Below, in pieces: positions 1 to 13,900 of a stretch of 64,000 nucleotides of DNA (its first letter is position 1; each line of letters opens with the position of its first letter). A program made the position numbers and the translations under genes. Source of the stretch: Eledone cirrhosa (lineage: Eukaryota). Location: contig OZ024759.1 of assembly GCA_964016885.1 (NCBI GenBank), positions 27,094,001 through 27,158,000 on the forward strand. Direction: 5' to 3'. The notes beneath the pieces were generated by a model that did not search any database, was not told the origin of the DNA, and saw nothing but the letters and a program-made list of their open reading frames with translations.

Positions 1-232
1 CAGTCTCTCGGGGTATATTTGCAATGGTGGCAACACAGCCTTTACTTTATTACAACAGTTATTTTCATTTCTAAATTTCAAAGCTTCACAGTGATCACAC
101 GAAACATTCATATCACTAATATGAAATTCTTCTAGATTTCCATTAATATTAATTGTTGGCCAATTTCTCTTATGACGCTCATTATCCATTCTTCTCTGTC
201 TGAATGTTTTCCATTCTAAGTCTATTTGCATG
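1..232 (-). pseudogene. Helitron RepHel N-terminal Cys-rich fragment (runs off window start)
   Basis: Same sequence as 39139-39369, which translates to SCDHCEALKFRNENNCCNKVKAVLPPL. Confidence 0.85.
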
Positions 233-332
233 GAATAATTATATTCTGTTGTTTATTATGTAATTAAATAGCTCTGTACGATACATAGAGCATTCTTCTT
301 TTCTTTACCTTTTCTATAGAAATACAAGAACA

Positions 333-381
<49 letters not shown>

Positions 382-420
382 GTGTGTATATACATAAACA
401 AGACTGTTATTACTCCAACC

Positions 421-3400
421 AGATGAAACTCTGTCATGTAATGTTATCGACATATCTGCCCTTGGGGCTAATAATTGTCATGTAATGTTATGGACATCTC
501 TGCCCCTGTGGCTAATAATTCTGTCATGTAATGTTATGGACATCTCTGCCCCTGTGGCTAATAATTCTGTCATGTAATGTTATGGACATCTCTGCCCCTG
601 TGGTTAATAATTCTGAGAGAGATAAAACAAGTGAGGGATTAGAGTGTTGAAACAAGAGAGAGAGAGGAAGAGAGAGAGAGAGCGAGATGAAATGAGACAG
701 GGAGAGCGAGATGAAACGCGAGAGTGAGAGAAGCGATATGAAACGAGAGAGTGAGAGCGAGATGAAACGAGAGAGAGAGAGAGCGAGATGAAACGAGACA
801 GAGAGAGCGAGATGTAATGAGAGAGAGAGAGAGAGCGGGATGGAACGAGACAGAGAGGAAACGAGAGAGAGAGGAAACGAGAGTAGAGAGCGAGATGAAA
901 CAGGAGAGAGAGAGCGAGATGAAACGAGAGGGAGAGAGAGATGAAACGAGGGAGATAGAGATGAAACGAGAGAGAGGAAGAGAGAGATGGAACGAGAGAG
1001 AGGAAGACAGAGATGAAACGAGAGAGAGAGAGAGATGAAACGAGAGAGAGAGAGCGCGAGATGAAACGAGAGAGAGAGAGCGCGAGATGAAACGACAGAG
1101 AGAGAGAGAGATGAAAGGAGGGAGATAGAGATGAAACGAGAGAGAGGAAGAGAGAGATGGAACGAGCGAGAGGAAGAGAGAGATGGAACGAGAGAGAGGA
1201 AGACAGAGATGAAACGAGAGAGAGCGAGATGAAACGAGAGAGAGAGAGAGCGAGATGAAACGAGAGAGAGGAAGAGAGAGAGCGCCAGATGAAACTCTGT
1301 CATGTAATGTTATGGACATATCTGCCCTTGGGGCTAATAATTGTCATGTAATGTTATGGACATCTCTGCCCCTGTGGCTAATAATTCTGTCATGTAATGT
1401 TATGGACATCTCGGCCCCTGTGGCTAATAATTCTGACATGTAATGTTATGGACATCTCTGCCCCTGTGGCTAATAATTCTGACATGTAATGTTATGGACA
1501 TCTCTGCCCCTGTGGCTAATAATTCTGTCATGTAATGTTATGGACATCTCTGCCCCTGTGGCTAATAATTCTGCCATGTAATGTTATGGACATCTCTGCC
1601 CCTGTGGCTAATAATTCTGCCATGTAATGTTATGGACATCTCTGCCCCTGTGGCTAATAATTCTGACATGTAATGTTATGGACATCTCTGCCCTGTGGCT
1701 AATAATTCTGACATGTAATGTTATGGACATCTCTGCCCCTGTGGCTAATAATTCTGAGAGAGATGAAACAAGTGAGGGATTAGAGAGAGATAAAACAAGT
1801 GAGGGATTAGAGTGTTGAAACAAGAGAGAGAGAGGAAGAGAGAGAGAGAGCGAGATGAAATGAGACAGGGAGAGCGAGATGAAACACGAGAGTGAGAGAA
1901 GCGAGATGAAACGAGAGAGTGAGAGCGAGATGAAACGAGAGAGAGAGAGAGCGAGATGAAACGAGACAGAGAGAGCGAGATGTAATGAGAGAGAGAGAGA
2001 GCGGGATGGAACGAGACAGAGAGGAAACGAGAGAGAGGAAACGAGAGTAGAGAGCGAGATGAAACGAGAGGGAGAGAGAGATGAAACGAGAGAGAGCAAG
2101 AGAGAGATGGAACGAGAGAGAGGAAGACAGAGATGAAACGAGAGAGAGAGAGAGCGAGATGAAACTCTGTCATGTAATGTTATGGACATATCTGCCCTTG
2201 GGGCTAATAATTGTCATGTAATGTTATGGACATCTCTGCCCCTGTGGCTAATAATTCTGTCATGTAATGTTATGGACATCTCTGCCCCTGTGACTAATAA
2301 TTTTGTCATGTAATGTTATGGACATCTCTGCCCCTGTGGCTAATAATTCTGACATGTAATGTTATGGACATCTCTGCCCTGTGGCTAATAATTCTGACAT
2401 GTAATGTTATGGACATCTCTGCCCCTGTGGCTAATAATTCTAAGAGAGATGAAACAAGTGAGGGATTAGAGAGAGATAAAAAAGTGAGGGATTAGAGTGT
2501 TGAAACAAGAGAGAGAGAGGAAGAGAGAGAGAGAGAGCGAGATGAAATGAGACAGGGAGAGCGAGATGAAACGAGACAGAGAGGAAACGAGAGAGAGGAG
2601 ACGAGAGTAGAGAGCGAGATGAAACAGAAGAGAGAGAGCGAGATGAAACGAGAGGGAGAGAGAGATGAAACGAGTGAGCGAGAGAGAGATGAAACGAGGG
2701 AGATAGAGATGAAACGAGAGAGAGGAAGAGAGAGATGGAACGAGAGAGAGGAAGAGAGAGAGGAAGACAGAGATGAAACGAGAGAGAGAGAGAGCGAGAT
2801 GAAATGAGAGAGAGAGAGCGCGAGATGAAACGAGAGAGAGAGAGAGCGCGAGATGAAACGACAGAGAGAGAGACAGATGAAAGGAGGGAGATAAAGATGA
2901 AACGAGAGAGAGGAAGAGAGAGATGGAACGAGAGAGAGGAAGAGAGAGAGGAAGACAGAGATGAAACGAGAGAGAGAGAGAGCGAGAGGAAACGAGAGAG
3001 AGAGAGCGCAAGATGAAACGAGAGAGAGAGAGCGCGAGATGAAACTCTGTCATGTAATGTTATTGACATATCTGCCTCTGTGGCTAATAATTGTCATGTA
3101 ATGTTATGGTCATCTCTGCCCCTGTGGCTAATAATTCTGTCATGTAATGTTATGGACATCTCTGCCCCTGTGGTTAATAATTCTGACATGTAATGTTATG
3201 GTCATCTCTGCGCCTGTGGCTAATAATTCTGAGAGAGATGAAACAAGTGAGGGATTAGAGTGTTGAAACAAGAGAGAGAGAGCGAGATGAAATGAGAGAG
3301 TGTGAGCGAGATGAAACGAGACAGGGAGAGCGAGATGAAACGAGAGAGTGAGAGCGAGATGAAACGAGAGAGTGAGAGCGAGATGAAACGAGAGAGAGAG

Positions 3401-6400
3401 AGCGAGATGAAATGAGAGAGAGAGAGCGAGATGAAATGAGAGAGAGAGAGCGAGATGAAACGAGACAGAGAGAGAACGAGATGAAACGAGAGAGTGAGAG
3501 CGAGATGAAACGAGAGAGAGAGAGCGAGATGAAACGGGAGGGAGAGAGAGATGAAACGAGAGAGAGTGGAAACGAGAGTAGAGAGCGAGATGAAACAGGA
3601 GAGAGAGAGAGCGAGATGAAACAGGAGAGAGAGAGCGAGATGAAACGAGAGGGAGAGAGAGATGAAACGAGAGAGCGAGAGAGAGATGAAACGAGGGAGA
3701 TAGAGATGAAACGAGAGAGAGGAAGAGAGAGATGGAACGAGAGAGAGGAAGATAGAGATGGAACGAGAGAGAGGAAGACAGGGATGAAACGAGAGAGAGA
3801 GAGAGCGAGATGAAACAGGAGAGAGAGAGCGAGATGAAACGAGAGGGAGAGAGAGATGAAACGAGAGAGCGAGAGAGAGATGAAACAAGGGAGATAGAGA
3901 TGAAACGAGAGAGAGGAAGAGAGAGATGGAACGAGAGAGAGGAAGAGAGAGATGGAACGAGAGAGAGGAAGACAGAGATGAAACGAGAGAGCGAGATGAA
4001 ACGAGAGAGAGGAAGAGAGAGAGCGCCAGATGAAACTCTGTCATGTAATGTTATGGACATATCTGCCCTTGGGGCTAATAATTGTCATGTAATGTTATGG
4101 ACATCTCTGCCCCTGTGGCTAATAATTCTGAGAGAGATGAAACAAGTGAGGGATTAGAGAGAGATAAAACAAGTGAGGGATTAGAGTGTTAAAACAAGAG
4201 AGAGAGAGAGCGAGATGAAACGCGATAGTGAGAGAAGCGAGATGAAACGAGAGAGTGAGAGCGAGATGAAACGAGAGAGAGAGAGAGCGAGATGAAACGA
4301 GACAGAGAGAGCGAGATGTAATGAGAGAGAGAGCGAGCGGGATGGAACGAGACAGAGAGGAAACGAGAGTAGAGAGCGAGATGAAACGAGAGGGAGAGAG
4401 AGATGAAACGAGAGAGCGAGAGAGAGATGAAACCAGGGAGATAGAGATGAAATAAGAGAGAGGAAGAGAGAGATGGAACGAGAGAGAGGAAGACAGAGAT
4501 GAAACGAGAGAGAGAGAGAGCGAGATGAAACGAGACAGAGAGAGCGCGAGATGAAACGAGAGAGAGAGAGCACGAGATGAAACGACAGAGAGAGAGACAG
4601 ATGAAAGGAGGGAGATAGAGATAAAACGAGAGAGAGGATGAGAGAGATGGAACGAGAGAGAGGAAGAGAGAGATGGAACGAGAGAGAGGAAGACAGAGAT
4701 GAAACGAGAGAGAGAGAGAGCAAGATGAAACGAGAGAGAGAGAGCGCGAGATGAAACTCTATCATGTAATGTTATTGATATATCTGCCCCTGTGGCTAAT
4801 AATTGTCATGTAATGTTATGGTCATCTCTGCCCCTGTGGCTAATAATTCTGTCATGTAATGTTATGGACGTCTCCGCCCCTGTGGCTAATAACTCTGACA
4901 TGTAATGTTATGGACATCTCTGCCCTGTGGCTAATAATTCTGACATGTAATGTTATGGACATCTCTGCCCCTGTGGCTAATAATTCTGAGAGAGATGAAA
5001 CAAGTGAGGGATTAGAGAGAGATAAAACAAGTGAGGGATTAGAGTGTTGAAACAGGAGAGAGAGAGCGAGATGAAACGCGATAGTGAGAGAGGCGAGATG
5101 AAACGAGAGAGTGAGAGCGAGATGAAACGGGACAGAGAGAGCGAGATGTAATGAGAGAGAGAGAGAGCGGGATGGAACGAGACAGAGAGGAAACGAGAGT
5201 AGAGAGCGAGATGAAACGAGAGGGAGAGAGAGATGAAACGAGAGAGCGAGAGAGAGATGAAACGAGGGAGATAGAGATGAAACGAGAGAGAGGAAGAGAG
5301 AGATGGAACGAGAGAGAGGAAGACAGAGATGAAACGAGAGAGAGAGAGAGCGAGATGAAACGAGAGAGAGAGAGCGCAAGATGAAACGAGAGAGAGAGAG
5401 CGCGAGATGAAACGACAGAGAGAGAGACAGATGAAAGGAGGGAGATAGAGATGAAACGAGAGAGAGGAAGAGAGAGATGGAACGAGAGAGAGGAAGACAG
5501 AGATGAAACGAGAGAGAGAGCGAGATGAAACGAGAGAGAGGAAGAGAGAGAGCGCGAGATGAAACTCTCTCATGTAATGTTATCGACATATCTGCCCTTG
5601 GGGCTAATAATTGTCATGTAATGTTATGGACATCTCTGCCCCTATGGCTAATAATTCTGTCATGTAATGTTATGGACATCTCTGCCCCTGTGGCTAATAA
5701 TTCTGTCATGTAATGTTATGGACATCTCTGCCCCTGTGGCTAATAATTCTGACATGTAATGTTATGGACATCTCTGCCCCTGTGGCTAATAATTCTGCCA
5801 TGTAATGTTATGGACATCTCTGCCCTGTGGCTAATAATTCTGACATGTAATGTTATGGACATCTCTGCCCCTGTGGCGAATAATTCTGAGAGAGATGAAC
5901 CAAGTGAGGGATTAGAGAGAGATAAAACAAGTGAGGGATTAGAGTGTTGAAACAAGAGAGAGAGAGGAAGAGAGAGAGAGAGCGAGATGAAACAAGAGAG
6001 TGAGAGAAGCGAGATGAAACGAGAGAGTGAGAGCGAGATCAAACGAGAAAGAGAGACAGCGAGATGAAACGAGACAGAGAGGAAACGAGAGAGAGAGGAA
6101 ATGAGAGAGAGGAAACGAGAGTAGAGAGCGAGATGAAACAGGAGAGAGAGAGCGAGAAGAAACGAGCGGGAGAGAGAGATGAAACGAGAGAGCGAGAGAG
6201 AGATGAAACGAGGGAGATAGAGATGAAACGAGAGAGAGGAAGAGAGAGATGGAACGAGAGAGAGGAAGACAGAGATGAAACGAGAGAGAGAGAGAGCGAG
6301 ATAAAACGAGACAGAGAGAGCGCGAGATGAAACGAGAGAGAGAGAGCGCGAGATGAAACGACAGAGAGAGAGACAGATGAAAGGAGGGAGATAGAGATGA

Positions 6401-7942
6401 AACGAGAGAGAGGATGAGAGAGATGGAACGAGAGAGAGGAAGAGAGAGATGGAACGAGAGAGAGGAAGACAGAGATGAAACGAGAGAGAGAGCAGGATGA
6501 AACGAGAGAGAGAGAGCGCAAGATGAAACGAGAGAGAGAGAGCGCGAGATGAAACTCTGTCATGTAATGTTATTGACATATCTGTCCCTGTGGCTAATAA
6601 TTGTCATGTAATGTTATGGTCATCTCTGCCCCTGTGGCTAATAATTCTGTCATGTAATGTTATGGACATCTCTGCCCTTGTGGCTAATAATTCTGAGATA
6701 TATTAAACAAGTGAGGGATTAGAGTGTTGAAACAAGAGAGAGAGAGCGAGAAGAAATGAGAGAGTGAGAGCGGGATGAAATGAGAGAGAGAGAGCGAGAT
6801 GAAACGGGAGGGAGAGAGAGATGAAACGAGAGAGAGAGGAAACGAGAGTAGAGAGCGAGATGAAACAAGAGAGAGAGAGAGCGAGATGAAACAGGAGAGA
6901 GAGAGCGAGATGAAACGAGAGGGAGAGAGAGATGAAACGAGAGAGCGAGAGAGAGATGAAACAAGGGAGATAGAGATGAAACGAGAGAGAGGAAGAGAGA
7001 GATGGAACGAGAGAGAGGAAGAGAGAGATGGCACGAGAGAGAGGAAGACAGAGATGAAACGAGAGAGAGAGAGCGAGATGAAACGAGAGAGAGAGAGCGC
7101 GACATGAAACGAGAGAGAGAGAGCGCTAGATGAAACGACAGAGAGCGAGACAGATGAAAGAAGGGAGATAGAGATGAAACGAGAGAGAGGAAGAGAGAGA
7201 TGGAACGAGAGAGAGGAAGACAGAGATGAAACGAGAGAGAGAGAGAGCAAGATGAAACGAGAGAGAGAGAGAGCGCAAGATGAAACGAGAGAGAGGAAGA
7301 GAGAGATGGAACGAGAGAGAGGAAGAGAGAGATGGCACGAGAGAGAGGAAGACAGAGATGAAACGAGAGAGAGAGAGCGAGATGAAACGAGAGAGAGAGA
7401 GCGCAAGATGAAACGAGAGAGAGAGAGCGCGAGATGAAACGACAGAGAGAGAGACAGATGAAAGAACGGAGATAGAGATGAAACGAGAGAGAGGAAGAAA
7501 AAGATGGAACGAGAGAGAGGAAGAGAGAGATGGAACGAGAGAGAGGAAGACAGAGATGAAACGAGAGAGAGAGAGAGCGAGATGAAACGAGAGAGAGGAA
7601 GACAGAGATGAATCGAGAGAGAGGGAGAGCGAGATGAAACGAGAGAGAGAGCGCGCAAGATGAAACTCTGTCATGTAATGTTATTGACATATCTGCCCCT
7701 GTGGCTAATAATTGTCATGTAATGTTATGGTCATCTCTGCCCCTGTGGCTAATAATTCTGTCATGTAATGTTATGGACATCTCTGCCCCTGTGGCTAATA
7801 ATTCTGACATGTAATGTTATGGACATCTCTGCCCTTGTGGCTAATAAATCTGACATGTAATGTTATGGAAATCTCTGCCCCTGTGGCTAATAATTCTGTC
7901 ATGTAATGTTATGGAAATCTCTGCCCCTATGGCTAATAAATC
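421..7942 (+). repeat. Composite satellite, forward arm: 8 modules of [46-bp monomer block + fixed linker + GA-rich block] plus a final monomer block
   Basis: Monomer is ctgtcatgtaatgttatggacatctctgcccctgtggctaataatt (46 bp). Blocks start at ~431, 1295, 2166, 3046, 4037, 4758, 5566, 6556 and 7667. Linker is aaacaagtgagggattagagtgttgaaacaag. GA blocks are built on GAGATGAAAC(GA)n. Confidence 0.97.
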
Positions 7943-10900
7943 AGAATTATTAGCCACAGGGGCAGAGATGTCCATAACATTACATGTCAGAATTATTAGC
8001 CACAGGGGCAGAGATGTCCATAACATTACATGACAGATTTATTAGCCACAGGGGCAGAGATGTCGATAACATTACATGTCAGATTTATTAGCCACAGGGG
8101 CAGAGATGTCCATAACATTACATGTCAAAATTATTAGCCACAGGGGCAGAGATGTCCATAACATTACATGACAGATTTATTAGCCACAGGGGCAGAGATG
8201 TCCATAACATTACATGACAGAATTATTAGCCACAGGGGCAGAGATGTCCATAACATTACATGACAGAATTATTAGCCACAGGGGCAGAGATTTCCATAAC
8301 ATTACATGACAATTATTAGCCCCAAGGGCAGATATGTCCATAACATTACATGACAGACTTTCATCTCGCGCTCTCTCTCTCTCGTTTCATCTCACGCTCT
8401 CTCTCTTCCTCTCTCTCGTTTCATCTCGCGTTCTCTCTCTTCCTCTCTCTCGTTTCATCTCGCTCTCTCTCTCGTTTCATCTCTGTCTTCCTCTCTCTCG
8501 TTCCATCTCTCTCTTCCTCTCTCTCGTTCCATCTCTCTCTTCCTCTCTCTCGTTTCATCTCTCTCTCTCGTTTCATCTCTATCTCCCTCGTTTCATCTGT
8601 CTCTCTCTCTGTCGTTTCATCTCCCTCTATCTCTCTCTCGCTCTCTCGTTTCATCTCTCTCTCCCTCTCGTTTCATCTCGCTCTCTCTCTCCTGTTTCAT
8701 CTCGCTCTCTCTCTCCTGTTTCATCTCGCTCTCTACTCTCGTTTCCTCTCTCTCGTATCCTCTCTCTCGTTTCCTCTCTCTCTCGTTTCCTCTCTCTCTC
8801 GTTTCCTCTAGCTCTCACTCTCTCGTTTCATCTCGCTCTCTCTCTCTCATTTCATCTCGCTCTCTCTCTCTCGTTTCATCTCGCTCTAACCTGTCTCGTT
8901 TCATTTCGCTCTCTCTCTCTCTCGTTTCATTTCGCTCTCTCTGTCTCATTTCATCTCGCTCTCTCTCTCTCATTTCAACTCGCTCTCTCTCTCTCATTTC
9001 ATCTCGCTCTCTCTCTCTCGTTTCATATCGCTCTCACTCTCTCATTTCATCTCGCTCTCTCTCTCTCGTTTGATCTCGCTCTCACTCTCTCTTCCTCTCT
9101 CTCTCTTGTTTCAACACTCTAATCCCTCACTTGTTTCATCTCTCTCTTATCCCTCACTTGTTTCATCTCTCTCAGAATTATTAGCCACAGGGGCAGAGAT
9201 ATCCATAACATTACATGTCAGAATTATTAGCCACAGGGGCAGAGATGTCCATAACATTACATGACAGATTTATTAGCCACAGGGGCGGAGATGTCCATAA
9301 CATTACATGACGAATTTATTAGCCACAGGGGCAGAGATGTCCATAACATTACATGACAGAATTATTAGCCACAGGGGCAGAGATGTCCATAACATTACAT
9401 GACAGAATTATTTGCCACAGGGGCAGAGATGTACATAACATTACATGACAATTATTAGCCCCAAGGGCAGATATGTCCATAACATTACATGACAATTATT
9501 AGCCCCAAGGGCAGATATGTCCATAACATTACATGACAGACTTTCATCTCGCGCTCTCTCTCTTCCTCTCTCTCGTTTCATCTCGCTCTCTCTCTCTCGT
9601 TTCATCTCGCTCTCTCTCTCTCTCGTTTCATCTCGCGCTCTCTCTCTTCCTCTCTCTCGTTTCATCTCGCTCTCTCTCTCGTTTCATATCTGTCTTCCTC
9701 TCTCTCGTTCCATCTCTCTATTCCTCTCTCTCTCGTTTCATCTAGCTATCACTCTCCCGTTTCATCTCCCTCTATCTCTCTCTCGCTCTCTCGTTTCATC
9801 TCTCCCTCCCTCTCATTTCATCTCGCTCTCTCTCTCCGGTTTCATCTCGCTCTCTCTCTCTCCTGTTTCATCTTGCTCTCTACTCTCGTTTCCTCTCTCT
9901 CGTTTCCTCTCTCTCGTTTCCTCTATCTCTCGTTTCCTCTCTCTCTCGTTTCATCTAGCTCTCACTCTCTCGTTTCATCTCGCTCTCTCTGACTCGTTCC
10001 ATCTCGCTCTCACTCTCTCGTTTCATCTCGCTCTCTCTCTCTCATTTCATCTCGCTCTCTCTCTCTCATTTCATCTCGATCTCTCTATCTCGTTTCATCC
10101 CGCTCTCTCTGTCTCGTTTCATCTCGCTCTCTCTCTCTCATTTCATCTCGCTCTCTCTCTCTCATTTCATCTCGCTCTCTCTCTCTCTCTCGTTTCATCT
10201 CACTCTCAATCTCTCATTTCATCTCGCTCTCTCTCTCTCATTTCATCTCGCGCTCTCTCTCTTCCTCTCTCTCGTTTCATCTCGCGCTCTCTCTCTTCCT
10301 CTCTCTCGTTTCATCTCGCTCTCTCTCTCTCGTTTCATCTTGCGCTCTCTCTCTTCCTCTCTCTCGTTTCATCTCGCGCTCTCTCTCTTCCTCTCTCTCG
10401 TTTCATCTTGCTCTCTCCCTCTCTCTTTTCATCTCGCGTTCTCTCTCTTCCTCTCTCTCGTTTCATCTCTGTCTTCCTCTCTCTCGTTCCATCTCTCTCT
10501 TCCTCTCTCTCGTTCCATCTCTCTCTTCCTCTCTCTCGTTTCATCTCTCTCTCTCGTTTCATCTCTATCTCCCTCGTTTCATCTGTCTCTCTCTCTGTCG
10601 TTTCATCTCCCTCTATCTCTCTCTCGCTCTCTCGTTTCATCTCTCTCTCCCTCTTGTTTCATCTCGCTCTCTCTCTCCTGTTTCATCTCGCTCTCTCTCT
10701 CCTGTTTCATCTCGCTCTCTACTCTCGTTTCCTCTCTCTCGTATCCTCTCTCTCGTTTCCTCTCTCTCTCGTTTCCTCTCTCTCTCGTTTCCTCTAGCTC
10801 TCACTCTCTCGTTTCATCTCGCTCTCTCTCTCTCATTTCATCTCGCTCTCTCTCTCTCGTTTCATCTCGCTCTAATCTGTCTCGTTTCATTTCGCTCTCT

Positions 10901-13900
10901 CTCTCTCTCGTTTCATTTCGCTCTCTCTGTCTCGTTTCATCTCGCTCTCTCTCTCTCATTTCAACTCGCTCTCACTCTCTCATTTCATCTCGCTCTCTCT
11001 CTCTCGTTTGATCTCGCTCTCACTCTCTCTTCCTCTCTCTCTCTTGTTTCAACACTCTAATCCCTCACTTGTTTCATCTCTCTCTTATCCCTCACTTGTT
11101 TCATCTCTCTCAGAATTATTAGCCACAGGGGCAGAGATATCCATAACATTACATGTCAGAATTATTAGCCACAGGGGCAGAGATGTCCATAACATTACAT
11201 GACAGATTTATTAGCCACAGGGGCGGAGATGTCCATAACATTACATGACGAATTTATTAGCCACAGGGGCAGAGATGTCCATAACATTACATGACAGAAT
11301 TATTAGCCACAGGGGCAGAGATGTCCATAACATTACATGACAGAATTATTTGCCACAGGGGCAGAGATGTACATAACATTACATGACAATTATTAGCCCC
11401 AAGGGCAGATATGTCCATAACATTACATGACAATTATTAGCCCCAAGGGCAGATATGTCCATAACATTACATGACAGACTTTCATCTCGCGCTCTCTCTC
11501 TTCCTCTCTCTCGTTTCATCTCGCTCTCTCTCTCTCGTTTCATCTCGCTCTCTCTCTCTCTCGTTTCATCTCGCGCTCTCTCTCTTCCTCTCTCTCGTTT
11601 CATCTCGCTCTCTCTCTCTCTCGTTTCATATCTCTCTTCCTCTCTCTCGTTCCATCTCTCTATTCCTCTCTCTCTCGTTTCATCTAGCTATCACTCTCTC
11701 GTTTCATCTCCCTCTATCTCTCTCTCGCTCTCACGTTTCATCTCTCCCTCCCTCTCATTTCATCTCGCTCTCTCTCTCCGGTTTCATCTCGCTCTCTCTC
11801 TCTCCTGTTTCATCTTGCTCTCTACTCTCGTTTCCTCTCTCTCGTTTCCTCTCTCTCGTTTCCTCTCTCTCTCATTTCCTCTCTCTCTCGTTTCATCTAG
11901 CTCTCACTCTCTCGTTTCATCTCGCTCTCTCTGACTCGTTCCATCTCGCTCTCACTCTCTCGTTTCATCTCGCTCTCTCTCTCTCTCATTTCATCTCGCT
12001 CTCTCTCTCTCATTTCATCTCGATCTCTCTGTCTCGTTTCATCCCGCTCTCTCTGTCTCGTTTCATCTCGCTCTCTCTCTCTCATTTCATCTCGCTCTCT
12101 CTCTCTCATTTCATCTCGCTCTCTCTCGCTCTCTCGTTTCATCTCACTCTCAATCTCTCATTTCATCTCGCTCTCTCTCTCTCATTTCATCTCGCGCTCT
12201 CTCTCTTCCTCTCTCTCGTTTCATCTCGCGCTCTCTCTCTTCCTCTCTCTCGTTTCATCTCGCTCTCTCTCTCTCGTTTCATCTTGCGCTCTCTCTCTTC
12301 CTCTCTCTCGTTTCATCTCGCTCTCTCTCTCTCATTTCATCTCGATCTCTCTGTCTCGTTTCATCCCGCTCTCTCTGTCTCGTTTCATCTCGCTCTCTCT
12401 CTCTCATTTCATCTCGCTCTCTCTCTCTCATTTCATCTCGCGCTCTCTCTCTTCCTCTCTCTCGTTTCATCTCGCGCTCTCTCTCTTCCTCTCTCTCGTT
12501 TCATCTCGCTCTCTCTCTCTCTCTCGTTTCATCTTGCGCTCTCTCTCTTCCTCTCTCTCGTTTCATCTCGATCTCTCTCTGTCTCGTTTCATCTCTGTCT
12601 TCCTCTCTCTCGTTTCATCTCTCTCTCTCGTTTCATCTCTGTCTTCCTCTCTCTCGTTCCATCTCCCTCTTCCTCTCTCTCGTTCCATCTCTCTCTTCCT
12701 CTCTCTCGTTTCATCTCTCTCTCTCGTTTCATCTCTATCTCCCGCGTTTCATCTGTCTCTCTCTCTGTCGTTTCATCTCCCTCTATCTCTCTCTCGCTCT
12801 CTCGTTTCATCTCTCTCTCCCTCTCGTTTCATCTCGCTCTCTCTCTCCTGTTTCATCTCGCTCTCTCTCTCCTGTTTCATCTCGCTCTCTACTCTCGTTT
12901 CCTCTCTCTCGTTTCGTCTCTCTCGTTTCCTCTCTCTCTCGTTTCATCTAGCTCTCCCACTCTCGTTTCATCTCGCTCTCTCTGACTCGTTCCATCTCGC
13001 TCTCACTCTCTCGTTTCATCTCGCTCTCTCTCTCTCATTTCATCTCGCTCTCTCTCTCTCATTTCATCTCGCTCTCTCTCTCTCGTTTCATCTCGCTCTC
13101 TCTGTCTCGTTTCATCTCGCTCTCGCTCTCTCTGTCTCGTTTCATCCCGCTCTCTCTCTCTCATTTCATCTCGCTCTCTCTCTCTCATTTCATCTCGCTC
13201 TCTCTCTCTCTCTCGTTTCATCTCGCTCTCACTCTCTCATTTCATCTCGCTCTCTCTCGTTTGATTTCGCTCTCACTCTCTCTTCCTCTCTCTCTCTTGT
13301 TTCAACACTCTAATCCCTCACTTGTTTCATCTCTCTCAGAATTATTAGCCACAGGGGCAGAGATGTCCATAACATTACATGTCAGAATTATTAGCCACAG
13401 GGGCAGAGATGTCCATAACATTACATGACAGATTTATTAGCCACAGGGGCAGAGATGTCCATAACATTACATGACGAATTTATTAGCCACAGGGTCAGAG
13501 ATGTCCATAACATTACATGTCAGAATTATTAGCTACAGGGGCAGAGATGTCCATAACATTACATGTCAGAATTATTAGCCACAGGGGCAGAGATGTCCAT
13601 AACATTACATGACAGATTTATTAGCCACAGGGGCAGAGATGTCCGTAACATTAAATGACAGATTTATTAGCCACAGGGGCAGAGATTCCATAACATTACA
13701 TGTCAGAATTATTAGCCACAGGGGCAGAGATTTCCATAACATTACATGACAGAATTATTAGCCACAGGGGCAGAGATGTCCATAACATTACATGACAGAA
13801 TTATTAGCCACAGGGGCAGAGATGTCCATAACATTACATGACAATTATTAGCCCCAGGGGCAGATATGTCCATGACAGAGTTTCATCTCTCGCTCTCTCT

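Noticed and set aside
7900-7990. Sequencing fold-back chimera as the explanation of the inversion
   Set aside because: The arms differ in module number and variants, and the junction recurs in the second, slightly diverged copy. Not fully excluded without raw reads.
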